From IMG/VR virus record IMGVR_UViG_3300007511_000050, positions 1 through 39,556 of that record: a stretch of 39,556 nucleotides of DNA. One strand, 5' to 3'. The translations under genes were made by a program, and so were the position numbers. The DNA comes from a virus. Lineage: Duplodnaviria; Caudoviricetes. The notes under the pieces are model-generated. The model was not told the DNA's origin, did not search any database, and saw only the letters and a program-made list of their open reading frames with translations. This document shows positions 35,143-39,556 of the stretch, piece after piece (position 1 is the stretch's first letter; each line of letters starts with the position of its first letter).

Positions 35143-35915
35143 CTGGGGTTGTGATAGGCTCCACCGTGGAAGCCGCATATTACGCCCTAGTAAACGAATA
35201 TCACTTCACAACTACTCGGAAGACACCCCCAATGTTTTACGAGCGCTTAGACGTTTCTTTGTTTGGAAAAACAAGTACAGCTGAGGCTTGGACGAAACTA
35301 AACATAATGTTGGGTTTGTTGTCGAAGAGATTACCAACCAAACCAAACACGAGTATTAGAATTTCAGATCAACAAATCAGAATTACATCAGATAACGTCA
35401 CTTTTAAATATAATTTTGATAAGTTGTTTGTTTTCGACCCATCAGGAATTCAATTAGATAACGAGATAAAACAGGTAAAAGAAAAAACGTTTATTGTCTT
35501 GGATGATTTTGAGTTGTCAGTCCTCGGGCCTAAAAGATATTCTTTGCCACCTATAACAGGCTCTCAAGGGGTGTGTAGAGAATTGCATTTTTATTCATCT
35601 GACAGGGTCGACGGAGCGGACTATATCACAGATTGTGTTGTCGAGTCAGAGCTAACGATGGATCAGTTAAAGTCATTTGATTATTCAGATTCAATGATCA
35701 GGTTCTTAGTTAAAAGGCACTTGACATCAATAAATGTAAATGGTAGACTTATGAAGCACTACAAAAATGGTAATCCAAAATATCGTAAACCCAACGTAGT
35801 ACATGTTAAAAGATTATTGCAAGAAAAGGATAATAACATATACAAAGATACAAAACACGTAAAGTTTATGAATCCGTCACTGGGGGAAATAATTGAACAA
35901 AGCACCAAAAGGTAG
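35133..35915 (+). CDS. Hypothetical protein (weak Rossmann-like N-terminus)
   Basis: Coupled 260-aa ORF. VVIGSTVEAAYYA loosely resembles a dinucleotide-binding beta-alpha start. Confidence 0.55.
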   Translation: MLLTGVVIGSTVEAAYYALVNEYHFTTTRKTPPMFYERLDVSLFGKTSTAEAWTKLNIMLGLLSKRLPTKPNTSIRISDQQIRITSDNVTFKYNFDKLFVFDPSGIQLDNEIKQVKEKTFIVLDDFELSVLGPKRYSLPPITGSQGVCRELHFYSSDRVDGADYITDCVVESELTMDQLKSFDYSDSMIRFLVKRHLTSINVNGRLMKHYKNGNPKYRKPNVVHVKRLLQEKDNNIYKDTKHVKFMNPSLGEIIEQSTKR

Positions 35916-36753
35916 AAACCTAGCAGGTATCATACCGTTGACCGGGTGGCACAAATCGTTCGATTTCCCATGGCCAGATTATTTGCAGCCTTTGAGAGAG
36001 GGATTTTTGGCAGTTGAAAGGTCTGTTTATGAGTGTGCATATGCTGGCTGCGATAGTATTTGGATTGTATGCGGAGACGATGTTGCACCTCTTGTTAAGA
36101 GCCGTCTGGGAGACTATGTAATGTCTCCTCGATATTTTGAGGAAAAAAACTTTGTCAAGAGCAGAGAGTATCATGAAAAGTGGATTCCGATATTTTACAC
36201 TCCCATGACACAAAAGGATATCGACAGAAGAGATAGTCTTGGCTGGTCCGCATTACATGGAGCGCTCATGGCATTTCAAATATCGGACAAGATGAGTAGG
36301 TGGGTGTTGCCTACCAAATATTATGTATCCTTTCCGTATGGAATATATAATCCGTCTATAGTGAGAGATTACAGGGATATGATTAGAGGTTCAGAATCTT
36401 TTTTCTTATCGAGACAGGATAAGACAGTCAGAGATAACCTCTATTTAGGATTCACTTTCTTTCCAGATGACTGGCCCAAATTCAAGCATCATATAAAAGA
36501 CCAGTGCTCTGGAGGCACCCGGGCGATACCGGCTGCAGAAAGATGGTCAAGTAAGAACTTTACACTTGACAAAATATTCGATATTGATGTAATATCAATA
36601 GATAACAAGGTTGATGTATTTGAGTACTATAGTTTAGATACATGGGATGAATTACAAACATACTACGCCTCAGATATGAAGATACCTAGACCAACAAGAA
36701 AATTTATGAAACCATATTATCACAGGAGAATGATAGAAGATGAAGAATATTGA
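35893..36753 (+). CDS. Divergent nucleotidyltransferase-like (GT-A fold) protein
   Basis: LAGIIPLTG....P..LQPL.....VERSVYEC..AGCDSIWIV resembles the N-terminus of sugar-phosphate NTP transferases. The canonical GxGTR/PK motif is absent. Confidence 0.5.
   Translation: MNKAPKGRNLAGIIPLTGWHKSFDFPWPDYLQPLREGFLAVERSVYECAYAGCDSIWIVCGDDVAPLVKSRLGDYVMSPRYFEEKNFVKSREYHEKWIPIFYTPMTQKDIDRRDSLGWSALHGALMAFQISDKMSRWVLPTKYYVSFPYGIYNPSIVRDYRDMIRGSESFFLSRQDKTVRDNLYLGFTFFPDDWPKFKHHIKDQCSGGTRAIPAAERWSSKNFTLDKIFDIDVISIDNKVDVFEYYSLDTWDELQTYYASDMKIPRPTRKFMKPYYHRRMIEDEEY
36566..36595 (+). promoter_or_regulatory. Possible internal sigma70-type promoter for dnaE
   Basis: TTGACA-N18-TAATAT inside the coding sequence, about 150 nt upstream of ORF 36740. 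Confidence 0.35.
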
Positions 36754-36937
36754 AGAAACTTATGACATTATGCCATCTATTGTTAAGAAACACGCCGGCA
36801 TGCCAGACAATTATAAAGACTTGACAACTGACCAGGAAAGGTTTATAATAGAGATGTTCCAAATTGATAGAGAAGCAATAAAAACAACGTTATTAGAAAC
36901 AGTAGAAGAAATGAAAGAATTAGTGAATGACATCTAA
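36740..36937 (+). CDS. Small hypothetical protein
   Basis: 65-aa ORF overlapping both neighbours in operon style. Confidence 0.5.
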   Translation: MKNIEETYDIMPSIVKKHAGMPDNYKDLTTDQERFIIEMFQIDREAIKTTLLETVEEMKELVNDI

Positions 36938-39556
36938 GAAAAACAACAATATCCCATTCGTAGGTTTACATGCCCATTCAGTTGCGGGATCCCCATTTGA
37001 CGCCCTAGGGTACCCGCCAGAGCACATGGACTTTGCCTATGAGAATGGTATGGATGCCCTTGCACTTACGGACCATGGCAATATGAATGGTCTAGCTTGG
37101 CAGGTTCTGCATGCCAAGAAAATGAAAAAGGCCGCCAAAGAGTTTAAGCCTATTTTTGGTTGTGAAGCATACTTTATTCCATCAGTTGCAAAGTGGAAAG
37201 AGGAGTATGAAGAAATCAAAGCAGCCTCGAAGAAGAAGTCTGATTATGAGGCCGGCAATTCGGGCACCACTGTGGAGGATGAAGGCGCATCCAAAAAGCG
37301 TATAAAATCCGTCCTAAACAGAAGAAGGCACCTTATCTTGCTGGCTATGAACCAGACGGGTTTGCAAAACATTTTCAAGATGATCTCAAGGTCTTATAGT
37401 GGGGATAATTTTTACCGATATCCACGCGTTGATTACGCACTTCTTAAGAAACACAATGAGGGCGTAATCGCAGCCTCAGCATGCTTGGGTGGCGTTTACG
37501 CTGGCAACTATTGGGAAAACAGAGAAACAGGCCCAGACGCCGTTCTTGGCGCTATGAGAGAAACCACAGCAAAGATGCAGTCGATCTTTGGCGACCGCTG
37601 GTATGGAGAGCTTCAATGGAACAACATACCAGAACAGCATGAACTTAATCAATACATTATTCAGATGCACCAGGAATTCGGTATTGACCTGATTTCAACC
37701 GCTGACTCTCATTATTATAATGCGGATGTTTGGAAGGATCGAGAACTATATAAGAGACTAGGATGGCTAGGAAAGGGTAAGCCTGATTATTTATCAGACG
37801 AACTGCCCGTTTCAGTTGAGGAGATTGGTTATGAACTTTACCCCAAGAATGGTGAGCAGATGTTTGAGTCTTATAAAAAATACTCAAAGGAGTGTGGGGT
37901 AGAATATGATGAAAGCCTGGTCCTCAATTCAATTACGAAAACGCACCAGATTGCGCATGAACGTATTGAGACGTTCTTGCCCGACAATACCGTTCGCCTC
38001 CCGGACTTCGTTGTCCCCGAGGGTTCAACTGCTGGCCAAACCCTGGCTGCCCTTTGTGTTGAGGGTCTTCGCACCCTTGGGCTCCACGAAAACCAAGAAT
38101 ATGTGGCGCGCCTCAAGCATGAGGTCAATGTTATTGAAGATCGCGGGTTTTCGAAGTATTTTCTAACTATGAAATCTATTGCAGACGTCGCCGCCGATCG
38201 ACAACTTGTGGGAGCAGGTCGAGGTTCTGCAGCAGGATCCCTCGTTGCATACGTTTTGAACATTACTCAGGTTGATCCCATCAAGTACGGCCTTCAGTTT
38301 GAGAGATTCTTAACCAAGGGCGGATCGGGTTACCCAGATATTGACTATGATGTATCAGACCCAATGGTCCTCAAGGAAGTCCTAATTGACCAGTGGGGTG
38401 ATAACTCTGTGGTTCCTATTACCAACTGGAACACGCTTCAGTTGCGCTCACTCATCAAGGACATCTCTAAGTTCTACGGTATCGAGTTCACGGAAGTAAA
38501 CAACGTAACAAGTAAGATGGTCTACGAGGCAACACCTCGGGCCAAGGCGAAGCATGGCATCACGGCTGGTGTATATGCTCCCACGTTTGAAGAATTGATG
38601 GAGTTCTCAGAGTCCTTGCAAGCATTTCTGGAGAAGTACCCACACATCAAGACTCACATTGAGAAACTGTATGGGCAGACACGTTCAGCTTCACGTCATG
38701 CTGGTGGTGTTGTTGTAGGTGAAAATCTAGATCAGTGGATGCCGCTTATCAACTCAGGAGGAGTTCGACAAACACCTTGGTCCGAGGGTATGAACGTAAG
38801 GCACCTTGAACCCATGGGCTTCATCAAGTTTGACATCCTGGGTCTTGCTTCACTTCGTATGTTGGAAGGCGCCATCGAGCGCATTCTCAAGCGCCATCAC
38901 GGAATGGAGGACCCTACTTTTGCAGATATCAAGGCATTCTATGACGAAAATCTACACCCAGAGAAGATTGATTTGGAAGATCGAGCAGTCTGGGAGAATA
39001 TCTTCCACAAGGGAAAGTGGGCAGGAATCTTCCAGTTCACAGAGTCTGGGGCCCAATCGTTCTGCAAGAATGCGAAACCAGACAACATCATTGACTTGTC
39101 GGCTATCACTTCTATCTACAGACCAGGCCCCCTATCAGCAGGTGTTGACAGAAAGTACATCGGCGCAAAGAAGGCACCGCAAGAAGTAGAATACATCAAC
39201 AAGCAGGTTCGTGAAGTAACGGAGGAGACTTATGGGTTCCTCATCTTCCAGGAACAAATCGCTATGTTGGCTCACAAACTGGGTAAGGATCTATCTCTAG
39301 ATGAAGGTAACAAGCTCAGGAAACTACTTACTAAGAAGGGTACTGATGGAATTCAGGCTGAGAAAGACAAAATCTTCGACAAGTTCAAAAAGGGTTGTGT
39401 CGAGAAAGGAATGAAAGAATATGAAGCAAGAGAATTGTGGGAAACCTTTGAGTACTTTTCCGGTTACGGCTTTAACAAGTCTCACGCTGTGTCCTACTGT
39501 GTCTTATCTTATCAGTGTGCTTATTTACTTAATTATTACCCAGCAGAGTGGCTAGC
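36927..39556 (+). CDS. dnaE: DNA polymerase III alpha subunit (family C), 3'-truncated by the window end
   Basis: Missing from the ORF track, presumably because it has no stop in the window. Segments translated by hand, all in one frame: MTSKKNNNIPFVGLHAHS..., ALTDHGNM, GCEAY, GRGSAAGSLVAY, YPDIDYD, KFDILGL, GIFQF, YRPGP, YGFNKSHA. Confidence 0.95.
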   Translation, partial: MTSKKNNNIPFVGLHAHSVAGSPFDALGYPPEHMDFAYENGMDALALTDHGNMNGLAWQVLHAKKMKKAAKEFKPIFGCEAYFIPSVAKWKEEYEEIKAASKKKSDYEAGNSGTTVEDEGASKKRIKSVLNRRRHLILLAMNQTGLQNIFKMISRSYSGDNFYRYPRVDYALLKKHNEGVIAASACLGGVYAGNYWENRETGPDAVLGAMRETTAKMQSIFGDRWYGELQWNNIPEQHELNQYIIQMHQEFGIDLISTADSHYYNADVWKDRELYKRLGWLGKGKPDYLSDELPVSVEEIGYELYPKNGEQMFESYKKYSKECGVEYDESLVLNSITKTHQIAHERIETFLPDNTVRLPDFVVPEGSTAGQTLAALCVEGLRTLGLHENQEYVARLKHEVNVIEDRGFSKYFLTMKSIADVAADRQLVGAGRGSAAGSLVAYVLNITQVDPIKYGLQFERFLTKGGSGYPDIDYDVSDPMVLKEVLIDQWGDNSVVPITNWNTLQLRSLIKDISKFYGIEFTEVNNVTSKMVYEATPRAKAKHGITAGVYAPTFEELMEFSESLQAFLEKYPHIKTHIEKLYGQTRSASRHAGGVVVGENLDQWMPLINSGGVRQTPWSEGMNVRHLEPMGFIKFDILGLASLRMLEGAIERILKRHHGMEDPTFADIKAFYDENLHPEKIDLEDRAVWENIFHKGKWAGIFQFTESGAQSFCKNAKPDNIIDLSAITSIYRPGPLSAGVDRKYIGAKKAPQEVEYINKQVREVTEETYGFLIFQEQIAMLAHKLGKDLSLDEGNKLRKLLTKKGTDGIQAEKDKIFDKFKKGCVEKGMKEYEARELWETFEYFSGYGFNKSHAVSYCVLSYQCAYLLNYYPAEWL

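Noticed and set aside
380-39189. Many minus-strand and nested alternative-frame ORFs in the track
   Set aside because: They lie wholly over well-supported + strand genes, have no recognisable motifs, and look like codon-bias shadows.
25884-39556. Inteins or introns in recA, helicase, nrdJ or dnaE
   Set aside because: Lengths and motif spacing look normal, and I saw no splice-junction or homing endonuclease motifs.
1-39556. Stop-codon reassignment, tRNA or rRNA genes
   Set aside because: Genes are full length in the standard code with TAA, TAG and TGA all used as stops. I saw no cloverleaf in the short intergenic gaps, though no tRNA scan was run.

Overview
This is a 39.6 kb segment of a large, T4-like (contractile-tailed) dsDNA bacteriophage genome. 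It is densely coding, every credible gene is on the + strand, and the standard genetic code fits. The left part (1-22007) is a virion morphogenesis module: end of the major capsid gene, neck and tail-terminator genes, a 1958-aa fibre/adhesin-like protein, sheath, tube, tail chaperone with a probable frameshift, tape measure and baseplate genes. These genes are preceded by a recurring ACTA(T/G/C)TTA motif, a candidate late promoter. The right part (21976-39556) is a replication and nucleotide-metabolism module with sigma70-type promoters: a miniature family A polymerase coupled to a degenerate tubulin/FtsZ-like gene, a ParB-like gene, gp32-like SSB, RecA, 5'-3' exonuclease, DnaB-like helicase, class II RNR, GroES, ThyX, a lytic transglycosylase, a Cys-repeat/vWA lipoprotein of myxobacterial style, and a DnaE polymerase that runs off the window end. 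All calls come from motif recognition by eye; no database searches were run.
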